Source: Candidatus Zixiibacteriota bacterium (GTDB taxonomy: Bacteria > Zixibacteria > MSB-5A5 > GN15 > FEB-12). Taken from it: a DNA stretch of 37,259 nt. The notes below the pieces were generated by a model, which searched no databases, was not told the DNA's origin, and saw only the letters and a list, made by a program, of their open reading frames with translations. Position 1 is the first letter of the stretch; every line of letters begins with the position of its first letter. This document shows, piece by piece, positions 7,939-16,785 of this stretch. The stretch lies in NCBI GenBank assembly GCA_041742355.1, contig JBGSIV010000259.1:1-37259 (forward strand). Direction: 5' to 3'. The translations under genes and the position numbers were made by a program.

Positions 7939-9525
7939 ATGAGAGGTGCGAACCCTTTTATCACTCCTCTGCTGACCGACTTATATGAGGTCACGATGGC
8001 GCACGCCTATTTTACGGCGGGGAAGCACGACGATCCGGCTGTCTTTGACCTGTTCTTCCGCCGCAACCCATTCGGCGGCGAGTTCACTGTCTGCGCCGGA
8101 ATAAGCGAAGCGCTCTCGTTTGTTGAGAACTACCGGTGGACCGAAGACGACATTGATTTCGTTGCGGAACGAATGGCCCTGCGCAACGAGGCATTTAAAC
8201 ACTGGCTGTCCGGTCTCGACTGCTCGCGGATTCGGGTGTACGCGATTCGCGAAGGGGACATTGTGTTCCCCCGTGTTCCCGTCCTCCGGGTTGAAGGTCC
8301 TCTTGGCATCTGCCAACTGCTGGAATCCACCCTCCTGAACCTCATCGGCTACGCCAGTCTTGTAGCCACCAATGCCGCGCGCCTGCGCTTGGCCGCCGGC
8401 GAGGGAAGGTCGATTGTCGAATTTGGTCTGCGCCGCGCCCAGGGACCGGATGGCGCCATGTCGGCGGCCCGCTACAGCTACCTCGGCGGCGCCGCCGGCA
8501 CCAGTAATGTCCTTGCCGGGCAGGTTTTTGACATTCCCACAGTCGGCACTCAGGCTCATGCCTACATCTCCGCCTTCACGGGTCTCGAGAATATCCCGCG
8601 CCGGAACCTGGTCGACATAGACGGCACCGAACGCGATTTCGTCGCCACCGTCTTCCGCTTTCGCGACCAGTTCGGCTTCACCTCGACCCACGATGGCGAG
8701 TTGGCCGCCTTCATCACCTACGCCCTCGCTTTCCCCGGCAACTTCCTCGCGCTGGTCGACACTTATGATACGGTTCGTTCCGGCCTCCCTAACGCTCTTT
8801 GCGTGTCGTTGGCTCTCTGGGAGTTCGGCTACCGCCCGACCGGTATTCGCCTTGACTCCGGCGATCTCTCCCACCTGTCTCGCCATGCCCGCAGCCTCTT
8901 CCGGAGCGCCGCGCAGAAGACCGGAATCGACCTTCCCCCCATCGTCATCGTCGCCAGCAACGAGCTCAACGAGAGCACCATCCGCTCCCTCAACGAGCAG
9001 GGACACGAAATCGACATCTTCGGCGTCGGGACTCACCTCGTCACCTGCGCCGGGGATCCCTCGCTCGGGGTCGTCTACAAGCTGGTCCAGATCAGTGGCC
9101 GACCGCGGATCAAGATCTCCGAGGAACCGGCGAAAGTCACTATCCCCGGCCGCAAAAACGCTTACCGCCTCTACGGCGAGGAAGGTTATCCTCTCCTGGA
9201 TGTCATGCTGGGCGAACGGGAGGACCCTCCGGGGCCAAGCCAGCGAATCCTCTGCTGCCACCCCTACCAGCGCGCCAGGCGTTCCTGGGTCACGCCATCG
9301 CAGGTTGAGCCGATCCACCACCTCATGTGGGATGGCCGTTTGGCCGGGCCGGTCCCGACCCTGGCCGAGTCGCGGGAATTCTGCCGCACCCAGATCAACC
9401 GCCTGCGCGGGGATCACCTCCGCCAGCTCAATCCAACGCCCTACAAAGTCTCGTTGAGCGAGCCCCTCTTCAATTTCATGCATGATCTCTGGGAGCGCGA
9501 AGCCGCAGTCGGCGAACTCCGTTAA
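7939..9525 (+). CDS. pncB: Nicotinate phosphoribosyltransferase
   Basis: LLTDLYEVTM, FDLFFRRNPF, EFGLRRAQG, GTQAHAYI (phospho-His motif), LVDTYD, GIRLDSGD, FGVGTHL and VYKLV. Confidence 0.96.
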   Translation: MRGANPFITPLLTDLYEVTMAHAYFTAGKHDDPAVFDLFFRRNPFGGEFTVCAGISEALSFVENYRWTEDDIDFVAERMALRNEAFKHWLSGLDCSRIRVYAIREGDIVFPRVPVLRVEGPLGICQLLESTLLNLIGYASLVATNAARLRLAAGEGRSIVEFGLRRAQGPDGAMSAARYSYLGGAAGTSNVLAGQVFDIPTVGTQAHAYISAFTGLENIPRRNLVDIDGTERDFVATVFRFRDQFGFTSTHDGELAAFITYALAFPGNFLALVDTYDTVRSGLPNALCVSLALWEFGYRPTGIRLDSGDLSHLSRHARSLFRSAAQKTGIDLPPIVIVASNELNESTIRSLNEQGHEIDIFGVGTHLVTCAGDPSLGVVYKLVQISGRPRIKISEEPAKVTIPGRKNAYRLYGEEGYPLLDVMLGEREDPPGPSQRILCCHPYQRARRSWVTPSQVEPIHHLMWDGRLAGPVPTLAESREFCRTQINRLRGDHLRQLNPTPYKVSLSEPLFNFMHDLWEREAAVGELR

Positions 9526-10949
9526 GGAATGTAAAGCACCATCGTGCGCACGATATTCAACAGCGGCGTCGGGTACATGCCGATAGCAAACAACGCCAGG
9601 GTCAGAATTGTCAGAGCCAGGCCGCCGGTGATCGGCATCTCCCCCGTTCCCGCTGCTGTCACCCCCTCGCCCCGGGCGAACATCGTCGCAATGATGCGCG
9701 TGTAGTAGAAGATCCCGAGCGCACTGCCTACCACCAGCGCGATCACCGGCACCCATTGGGCCGCTCCCACGCCGGCTGTCAGGACGAAGAATTTCCCCAC
9801 GAACCCCGCGGTCAGCGGGATTCCCGCCAGCGAAAGGAGCATCGCGGTAAACGCCGCAGCCACCCACGGCCGCTCCCAGAAGAGCCCGCGGTAGTCGGTC
9901 AGTTCGATCCGCTCCCCTGTCGGCCCGGACAGGAGCCCGATCACGCCGAATGCCCCCAGCGTCGTGATAGTGTATGCCACGAGGTACACCAGCACCCCCT
10001 CGATCCCCCGCTGTCCTCCCGCCAGAAACCCGACGAGAAGATACCCCAGGTGCGCGATCGAGGAGTACGCGAGGATGCGCTTGACATTCCCCTGCAGGAG
10101 CGCCAGGAGGTTCCCGATCAGCATCGAAAGAACTGCCAAGATCATCATTGCGAGAACCACGGTTCCGTAGCGGTACCCCTCGATCGTGACAAAGAACCGC
10201 ACCAGAACCGCGACAACCGCACTCTTGGAGACAGTCGCTATGAGCGCCGTGACCGGCGCCGGTGCTCCCTCGTACACGTCCGCCGCCCACATGTGAAACG
10301 GCGCAACCGCCAGCTTGAATCCGACCCCGGCCACCACCAACGCCAGCCCCACCAGCACATACAGGCCCGGCAGGTGGGCCAGTTCGAGCCGCGATGCCAG
10401 AACCGTGAAATCCATGGTGCCCGAATCGGTGTAAATGAGCGCAAGGCCGAAGAGGAGGAAGGCCGATGATGCCCCGGCGAGCACGACATACTTGATCCCC
10501 GCCTCCAGAGAGCGCGGGTTATCGTGCAGGTACGAAATCATGACGTAGAGCGCCACCGAGAGCACTTCAACCCCGAGAAACAGTGTCACGAAATGGTTCG
10601 CCCCGGCCAGCACCACCGCGCCCAATACCGCGATCAGGAGCATCGCATAGAACTCCTCGCGGTTCTCATTGCGGATCGCAAGGTAGTGGTAGGCAAGGAA
10701 GGCCACACCCAGCCCGGCAAGCATCACCAGCCCGCTGACAAAGAGCGAAAACAGGTCAACTACCAGCAGCCGTTGCATCAGATGCGGCGCCTGTTCCCCG
10801 ATCAGCCAGAGCGAGGCAAACGCCACCCCGAATCCCAGCGCGGTCAACGCGAACGCCGTGGCATGGTTTCGCCGGATTGCCAGCGCCAGCAGCACGAGCA
10901 CCGCGGCTGCGGCCAGGATCATGTGCGGGAGAATCGCTCCGAGGTTCAA
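9522..10949 (-). CDS. nuoN: NADH-quinone oxidoreductase subunit N
   Basis: EAGIKY, GFKLAVAPFHMWAADVYEGAP, KRILAYSSIAH, LSLAGIPLTAGFVGKF; last gene of the operon; TTG start overlaps the nuoM stop. Confidence 0.96.
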   Translation of the reverse strand: MNLGAILPHMILAAAAVLVLLALAIRRNHATAFALTALGFGVAFASLWLIGEQAPHLMQRLLVVDLFSLFVSGLVMLAGLGVAFLAYHYLAIRNENREEFYAMLLIAVLGAVVLAGANHFVTLFLGVEVLSVALYVMISYLHDNPRSLEAGIKYVVLAGASSAFLLFGLALIYTDSGTMDFTVLASRLELAHLPGLYVLVGLALVVAGVGFKLAVAPFHMWAADVYEGAPAPVTALIATVSKSAVVAVLVRFFVTIEGYRYGTVVLAMMILAVLSMLIGNLLALLQGNVKRILAYSSIAHLGYLLVGFLAGGQRGIEGVLVYLVAYTITTLGAFGVIGLLSGPTGERIELTDYRGLFWERPWVAAAFTAMLLSLAGIPLTAGFVGKFFVLTAGVGAAQWVPVIALVVGSALGIFYYTRIIATMFARGEGVTAAGTGEMPITGGLALTILTLALFAIGMYPTPLLNIVRTMVLYIP

Positions 10950-12514
10950 CGTCCTTCCTCCCCGGCGACGGTGTCAACGGCCGCCTCCTCGGCTGGAAGA
11001 ACCGCCCGATGATTGAGTGGATCATACTGCACCGTTCCGGTCACGGCATCGCGAATTCCCCGCAGCGTGGTTGCCGTGGTCTGCAGCACCGGTTGCGGGT
11101 ACACACCGAGCCACACGAGCACCACGACCATCGGAGCGAACACGAGCATCCCTCGCACGTTCAAGTCGGGCAGCGTCCAGCGCTCCCTCGGCTCGCCATG
11201 AAAGGCCCGCTGGATAATCCAGAGCGAGTAGATCGCCGCTCCCACCAGCCCAAGGCTCCCGAGAACGGCAGCCGGGGCGTTTACCCTGAATGTCCCTACC
11301 AGCACGAAGAACTCCCCGATGAAATTTCCCAGTCCCGGAAGACCCAGCGAGGCAACCGCGAAGAACATCGCGATTCCGCCCATCCGCGGCACGCTCGCCC
11401 ACAGGCCACCCATCCGCTCCATGTCCCGCGTGTGCAGGTGCTCCTGCAGGATTCCCACCACGATAAAGAGCGCCGGCGTACTCAATCCGTGGCAGATCAT
11501 TTCCAATAGCGCCCCCTGCAACGCGAGTTCGTTAAAGGCGAATATTCCCATCAGCACGAATCCGAGGTGGCTCACGCTGGTGTACGCCACCAGCCGCTTG
11601 AGGTCCCGCTGGCCGAGGGCCAGCACGGCGCCATAGAGAATGCCAATCACCCCGAGCGTCATCGCCCACGGCGCGAAGGTCACCGCCGCCTCCGGAAACA
11701 GCGGTACCACGAACCGAATCAACCCATACGCCCCTGTCTTGAGCATTAAGCCCGCGAGAATAACGCTGCCCGCAGTCGGCGCCTCGGTGTGGGCGTCGGC
11801 CAGCCAGGGATGAAACGGGAAGGCCGGCAACTTCACGGCAAAAGCCACGAAGAACCCCAGCATCAGCCACATCCCATACGCCCCGCTTACTTGAGCCTCG
11901 AGCAGGTCGGCATAGTTGAAACTGAATGTCCCCGTCTGGGCGTCGTAGGCAAAGGCCAGCCCGAGGATCGCCAGTAACATCAGCAGGCCGCTCGCCTGGG
12001 TGAAGATGAAGAACTTAATGGCGGCGTAGACGCGGTTTTCGTGTCCCCAGATACCGACCAGGAAGTACATCGGAATCAGCATCATTTCCCAGAAAACATA
12101 GAAGAGAAAGAGATCCAGCGCCAGGAAGACACCGACTACGCCGCCGAGTATCCACAGCAGATTGAAGAAGTAGAACGGCACCCGCCGCGTGATTCCGCTC
12201 CACGACACCGCCACTGACAGCAATCCCACGAACGCGGTCAGCACAACCAGCAGCAGGCTCATCCCGTCGAGCGCCAGGCGCACACTGATGCCATACGCGG
12301 GTATCCACGGCACCGCCCACTGTATCAGCCACACCCCCGCCTCGCTGGTTGTAGCAGCCTGATAGTACCGCACCCAGAGGAGCACTGCGAGTGCGAATTC
12401 AGCCACCATGGTGAACAGCGCCACCCACTTCGATGCCTGCTCATGCGCCTTCCCCGCTGTCCAGGCCGCCAGCCCGCCGACAATAGGAATCGCAATCAAC
12501 CACACCAGTATCAT
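10946..12514 (-). CDS. nuoM: NADH-quinone oxidoreductase subunit M
   Basis: FYVFWEMMLIPM, AVKLPAFPFHPWLADAHTEAP, KRLVAYTSVSH, LGLPGLGNFIGE; ATG at 12514 overlaps the nuoL stop (ATGA). Confidence 0.96.
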   Translation of the reverse strand: MILVWLIAIPIVGGLAAWTAGKAHEQASKWVALFTMVAEFALAVLLWVRYYQAATTSEAGVWLIQWAVPWIPAYGISVRLALDGMSLLLVVLTAFVGLLSVAVSWSGITRRVPFYFFNLLWILGGVVGVFLALDLFLFYVFWEMMLIPMYFLVGIWGHENRVYAAIKFFIFTQASGLLMLLAILGLAFAYDAQTGTFSFNYADLLEAQVSGAYGMWLMLGFFVAFAVKLPAFPFHPWLADAHTEAPTAGSVILAGLMLKTGAYGLIRFVVPLFPEAAVTFAPWAMTLGVIGILYGAVLALGQRDLKRLVAYTSVSHLGFVLMGIFAFNELALQGALLEMICHGLSTPALFIVVGILQEHLHTRDMERMGGLWASVPRMGGIAMFFAVASLGLPGLGNFIGEFFVLVGTFRVNAPAAVLGSLGLVGAAIYSLWIIQRAFHGEPRERWTLPDLNVRGMLVFAPMVVVLVWLGVYPQPVLQTTATTLRGIRDAVTGTVQYDPLNHRAVLPAEEAAVDTVAGEEGR

Positions 12515-14403
12515 GCGAACACCATAATCGCTATCATCACCACCACTCCGAGCGCAATCCCCGCCGCGTACGTCCGAACCCGCCCGGTTTGACTCCACCC
12601 TAACAGGATATTCAGCCCCTGGGTGATTCGCGCCAGAAGGGTATAGAGCGCGTCGATTACATCTCTGCGGTTCACCCTCGCCGCGTAGTAGTACGGCCGC
12701 ACGAACAACCGGTCATACACCCAGTCGAATCCCCAACCCGACTGCCAGAAACGATAGATCCCGGCCCGCGGACGGTCCTTGGCCAGGTTCTTCGCCGCCC
12801 ACGGCTCCCGGATATACATTAGGTAGGCAAGCAGGATCCCCAGCAGGGGCACCAGCGCGGTGCCGATCTGGAATTGCAGCTCAGTCGAGAAAGCGACATG
12901 CTCCATCGGCACCGCCGGCACAACGGTATGCAGCAAATCGGCAAAGGGAGTGAAGTGGCCCATCGTCTCCGGGAGATACACAAACCCCGCGACGACCGAA
13001 AGCACGGCCAGCACCACCAGCGGCAGTTGAGTGCGCATCCCGGGGCTGTGATTCGGCTTCGCTTTCGCCCGTCCGAAGAACGTGATGAAGATCATCCGGA
13101 ACGTATAAAGCGCCGTGATGAAGGCCCCGATCAATCCAAACAGCCACAGCCATCCGTTCCCTTTGTCTGAACTCCAGGTATACCAGAGGATCGCATCCTT
13201 GCTGTAGAAGCCCGCCGTGACCAAAGGTACCGCGGCCAGCGCGCCACCGCCGATCAGAAACGTCCAGAAGGTAACCGGGAAGTACTTTCGCATTCCGCCC
13301 ATTTTGAACATATCGTGCTCATGGTGGAGACACATGATCAGTACACCGGCTCCAAGGAAGAGCAGCGCCTTGAAGAACGCGTGCGTCATGAAGTGGAACA
13401 TCGCGGCAGCGTACGCCCCCACCCCCAGCCCGAGGAACATGTACCCGATCTGTCCGATTGTCGAGTAGGCCAGCACCCGTTTGATATCGTGCTGCGTCAG
13501 TGCGCTGAACCCCGAGATGATCATGGTCGCCGTCCCGATGACCGCCACCATCATCTGTACTACCGGCGCCAGTTCGAAGACCGTGTGCATGCGCGCAATC
13601 AGGTACACACCAGCCGTGACCATGGTCGCGGCGTGGATCAGCGCACTCACGGGAGTCGGACCGGCCATGGCATCGGGGAGCCACGTCTGCAGGGGCAATT
13701 GGGCCGATTTGCCCACCGCCCCGCCGAGAAGCAAAGCGGCGATTGCGACCGCTATCCCCGATCCGACGGCGTATACTTCCGGCGCCCGCTCCAGGATCCG
13801 GGGAATACTCAGGGTACCGAACTGGTACACCAGTATGAAAAGCGCGATCGCCATGGCCGTGTCGCCGATACGGGTCACGATGAACGCCTTGCGGGCCGCA
13901 GAACCGTTGGCCGGATCTCGGTACCAGAACCCGATCAGGAGGTAGCTGCACAACCCCACCCCCTCCCAGCCGAGGTACAGGAGGAGCAGGTTCTCGCCAA
14001 GCACCAGGAGAAGCATCGAGGCGACAAACAGGTTCATGTAGGCGAAGAACCGGCTGTAACCTTCGTCATCGGCCATGAACTCACTGGAGTAGAGGTGTAT
14101 AAGAAACCCCACGAAGGTCACCACGAAGATCATTACCAGCGACAGCGCATCGAGCCGCAGCGCTACCGACGCTTCGAACCGTCCGACCTGAAACCAAGTC
14201 CACAGGTGTTGCGTGAACGAGGCGCTTGACTGCACAGACGACAGGAACTCCAGGCCGGTCCCAATCACAAGCGCCGCCGACAGCCCGACTGATCCCACAC
14301 CAATGACTGTTGCCACCGCACGAGGGAGACGTCGTCCCAGCGTCGCCAGAATCACAAACCCCGACAGCGGAAGCGCCACCACCAGCCACAGTAATTCAAG
14401 CAT
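12511..14403 (-). CDS. nuoL: NADH-quinone oxidoreductase subunit L
   Basis: GWEGVGLCSYLLIGFW, GKSAQLPLQTWLPDAMAGPTPVSALIHAATMV, HAFFKALLF. Confidence 0.97.
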   Translation of the reverse strand: MLELLWLVVALPLSGFVILATLGRRLPRAVATVIGVGSVGLSAALVIGTGLEFLSSVQSSASFTQHLWTWFQVGRFEASVALRLDALSLVMIFVVTFVGFLIHLYSSEFMADDEGYSRFFAYMNLFVASMLLLVLGENLLLLYLGWEGVGLCSYLLIGFWYRDPANGSAARKAFIVTRIGDTAMAIALFILVYQFGTLSIPRILERAPEVYAVGSGIAVAIAALLLGGAVGKSAQLPLQTWLPDAMAGPTPVSALIHAATMVTAGVYLIARMHTVFELAPVVQMMVAVIGTATMIISGFSALTQHDIKRVLAYSTIGQIGYMFLGLGVGAYAAAMFHFMTHAFFKALLFLGAGVLIMCLHHEHDMFKMGGMRKYFPVTFWTFLIGGGALAAVPLVTAGFYSKDAILWYTWSSDKGNGWLWLFGLIGAFITALYTFRMIFITFFGRAKAKPNHSPGMRTQLPLVVLAVLSVVAGFVYLPETMGHFTPFADLLHTVVPAVPMEHVAFSTELQFQIGTALVPLLGILLAYLMYIREPWAAKNLAKDRPRAGIYRFWQSGWGFDWVYDRLFVRPYYYAARVNRRDVIDALYTLLARITQGLNILLGWSQTGRVRTYAAGIALGVVVMIAIMVFA

Positions 14404-14405
14404 AG

Positions 14406-14714
14406 TTACCCCTGCATACGGCTGGCCCGATCGGCATCGAGCGTGTTGAATCCACGGTAGATTGCCAGCACCAGCGCCAGCCCGATCGCCACTTCCGCCG
14501 CGGCCATCGCGAGTATGAACATGAACATCACCTGCCCGTCCGGCTGAATCCAGCGGGTGGATCCGACGATAAAGGCCAGTCCGGCGGCGTTAAACATGAT
14601 CTCGATCGACAGGAGCATGAAGATGATATTCCTCCGCACCAGGAGGCCGATCAGGCCGATCGAGAACATGATCACCGACACGAGAAGGCCGTGTTCAACC
14701 GGTATATCCGCCAT
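14406..14714 (-). CDS. nuoK: NADH-quinone oxidoreductase subunit K
   Basis: RRNIIFMLLSIEIM and AAAEVAIGLAL; three TM helices; operon position. Confidence 0.96.
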   Translation of the reverse strand: MADIPVEHGLLVSVIMFSIGLIGLLVRRNIIFMLLSIEIMFNAAGLAFIVGSTRWIQPDGQVMFMFILAMAAAEVAIGLALVLAIYRGFNTLDADRASRMQG

Positions 14715-14717
14715 TGG

Positions 14718-15278
14718 CTACTTCCTTCCCAATTCCGGCTGCGCCCGGCGCACTTCCGAAGTTCCCTCAGTATCAGTCAGTTCCCGCTCGCTCTCCCGGC
14801 GGCCGATGTGAAACGCCCCCACCAAGCCGGCCAGCAGCAGCATCGCAGCCAGTTCGACGGCAAAGAGGTAGGTCGTGAAAAGGCTGACTCCGACCTGCTT
14901 CGGCCCCACCACTCCCTGCCCGGTGTCCGCGCGGCCGCCGTAGTAGAGCAGGTAGAGGAGTTCGGCTCCGAGAATAGCCGCGAGAATCGCCGGCAGTACA
15001 AACATTGCCGGCTTCAGCAGCACACGCTCCTGGCGTACTGTCTCCTCCCCCAGGTTGAGCATCATTATGACGAACACGAACACGACCATGATCGCTCCAG
15101 CGTAGATAATGACCTCGAGCGCGGCCACGAACGGCGCCCCGAGCACATAGAACATCACCGCCGTGCTCAATAGAGACAGGATCAGGTATAGAAGCGCGTG
15201 TATCGGGTTGAGCCGCGTAACCACCATCGCGGTCGAAACCACCGCCACCATCGCCGCTATGTAGAATACGATTGCCAT
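14718..15278 (-). CDS. nuoJ: NADH-quinone oxidoreductase subunit J
   Basis: NPIHALLYL and EVIIYAGAIMVVFVFVIMML; operon position. Confidence 0.96.
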   Translation of the reverse strand: MAIVFYIAAMVAVVSTAMVVTRLNPIHALLYLILSLLSTAVMFYVLGAPFVAALEVIIYAGAIMVVFVFVIMMLNLGEETVRQERVLLKPAMFVLPAILAAILGAELLYLLYYGGRADTGQGVVGPKQVGVSLFTTYLFAVELAAMLLLAGLVGAFHIGRRESERELTDTEGTSEVRRAQPELGRK

Positions 15279-15297
15279 CTGTGTCCTTTCACCTTCC

Positions 15298-15816
15298 TCA
15301 CGGCATCAGATCCCGCGTGTCGACCGGCGGCGCCTCATTTTCCGCCTCCCCCTTGTCTTTCCCCTTTATTTTCAGTCCCGCCACCTTGTAGTAGTGATAG
15401 CCGGGGAACTTCCCCTGGCCATCGATCAACAAATGCTCCTTCTCGTAGACCATCGCGTTGCGCATGAATTCGCTCATTTCGAAATCGGGCGTGAGCTGGA
15501 TCGCATAGGTAGGGCAGGCCTCCTCGCACAGGCCGCAAAAGATGCAGCGGGAGAAGTTGATCCGGAAGAACTCCGGGTACCGCCGTCCTTGCTCATCCTC
15601 GGTTTGCTGCAGGGCGATGCAGTCCACCGGGCACACGACTGCGCACAGGTAGCAGGCGACACATCGCTCCCCGCCGTCGGGGTCGCGCGAGAGGATGATC
15701 CGTCCGCGGTAGCGCGCCGGCAGCGGCGGATATTCCTCCGGGTACTGGATCGTTTCGCGCTTGCGGAACGTGTGCGTCAGCGCCTCCCAGATACTCCGAA
15801 TCGCGCTAATGAACAT
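15298..15816 (-). CDS. nuoI: NADH-quinone oxidoreductase subunit I
   Basis: Two ferredoxin motifs, [12 protein letters not shown] and [12 protein letters not shown]. Confidence 0.97.
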   Translation of the reverse strand: MFISAIRSIWEALTHTFRKRETIQYPEEYPPLPARYRGRIILSRDPDGGERCVACYLCAVVCPVDCIALQQTEDEQGRRYPEFFRINFSRCIFCGLCEEACPTYAIQLTPDFEMSEFMRNAMVYEKEHLLIDGQGKFPGYHYYKVAGLKIKGKDKGEAENEAPPVDTRDLMP

Positions 15817-15825
15817 CGCCCGTCT

Positions 15826-16785
15826 TCACCCTTTCTCCAGCCACAGCACAACTGCCCCGGTGACCAACAGGTTCAGAAGCGCGATCGGCAGCATGACCTT
15901 CCACCCGAACGACAGCAGTTGGTCGAACCGGGGGCGCGGCAGCGCCGCCCGCAGCAGGATGATGAAGCTCATCACGAGGAAGGTCTTGAGCCAGAACCAT
16001 ACTATCCCCGGCAACCATGGCCCCAGCCAGCCCCCGAGAAACAGCGTGGTGACAATAGATGAAATCACGAATACTCCGACGTACTCCCCGACGAAAAACC
16101 TCCCGAACTTCATCCCCGAGTACTCCGTGTGGAAACCGGCTACCAGCTCGCTCTCGGCTTCGGGAATATCGAAGGGGAGGCGGCGCATCTCGGCCAGCCC
16201 GGCGACCAAAAAGACCAGAAATCCGAGGAACTGCGGCACGATAAACCAGAGCCCCTCCTGTGCGAGCACGATATCCCGAAGACTGAACGACCCGACCATC
16301 GCCACCACGCCCAGTACCGACAGTCCCATGAACACCTCGTAGCTGATCATCTGGGCCGATGCCCGCAGCCCGCCCAGCAGGGCGAATTTGTTATTCGAGG
16401 CCCAACCGCCCAGCACCACGCTGTAGGATCCGAGCGACGACAGCGCGAGGAAGACGAGCAACCCGACGTTGAAATCGATCACTCCGATCGATGCCGTCAT
16501 CGGCACGACCGCGAACGTCAGCACGCCGGTGAAAACGATGATCGCCGGCGCGATGATGAACACCACCCGATCGGCGAAGGGTGGCACCCAATCCTCTTTG
16601 GTGAAGATCTTGATCATGTCGGCCACCACCTGCAGGAGGCCGAACGGGCCCACACGGTTGGGGCCATATCGATCCTGCCATAGGGCCAGCAGTCGCCGCT
16701 CCAGCCAGATCAGTCCGGCCGCCACTGTCACGGGGACCAGCATCAGCGCAATCCCCATCAGCACTGCTTCGAGCATTTCGGTCAT
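15826..16785 (-). CDS. nuoH: NADH-quinone oxidoreductase subunit H
   Basis: ERRLLALWQDRYGPNRVG, PFDIPEAESELVAGFHTEYSG, RAALPRPRFDQL. Confidence 0.97.
   Translation of the reverse strand: MTEMLEAVLMGIALMLVPVTVAAGLIWLERRLLALWQDRYGPNRVGPFGLLQVVADMIKIFTKEDWVPPFADRVVFIIAPAIIVFTGVLTFAVVPMTASIGVIDFNVGLLVFLALSSLGSYSVVLGGWASNNKFALLGGLRASAQMISYEVFMGLSVLGVVAMVGSFSLRDIVLAQEGLWFIVPQFLGFLVFLVAGLAEMRRLPFDIPEAESELVAGFHTEYSGMKFGRFFVGEYVGVFVISSIVTTLFLGGWLGPWLPGIVWFWLKTFLVMSFIILLRAALPRPRFDQLLSFGWKVMLPIALLNLLVTGAVVLWLEKG

Noticed and set aside
7981..10290. 769-aa minus-strand ORF
   Set aside because: It is the antisense shadow of pncB plus an off-frame stretch of nuoN; no motifs, and such shadows are expected in GC-rich coding DNA.
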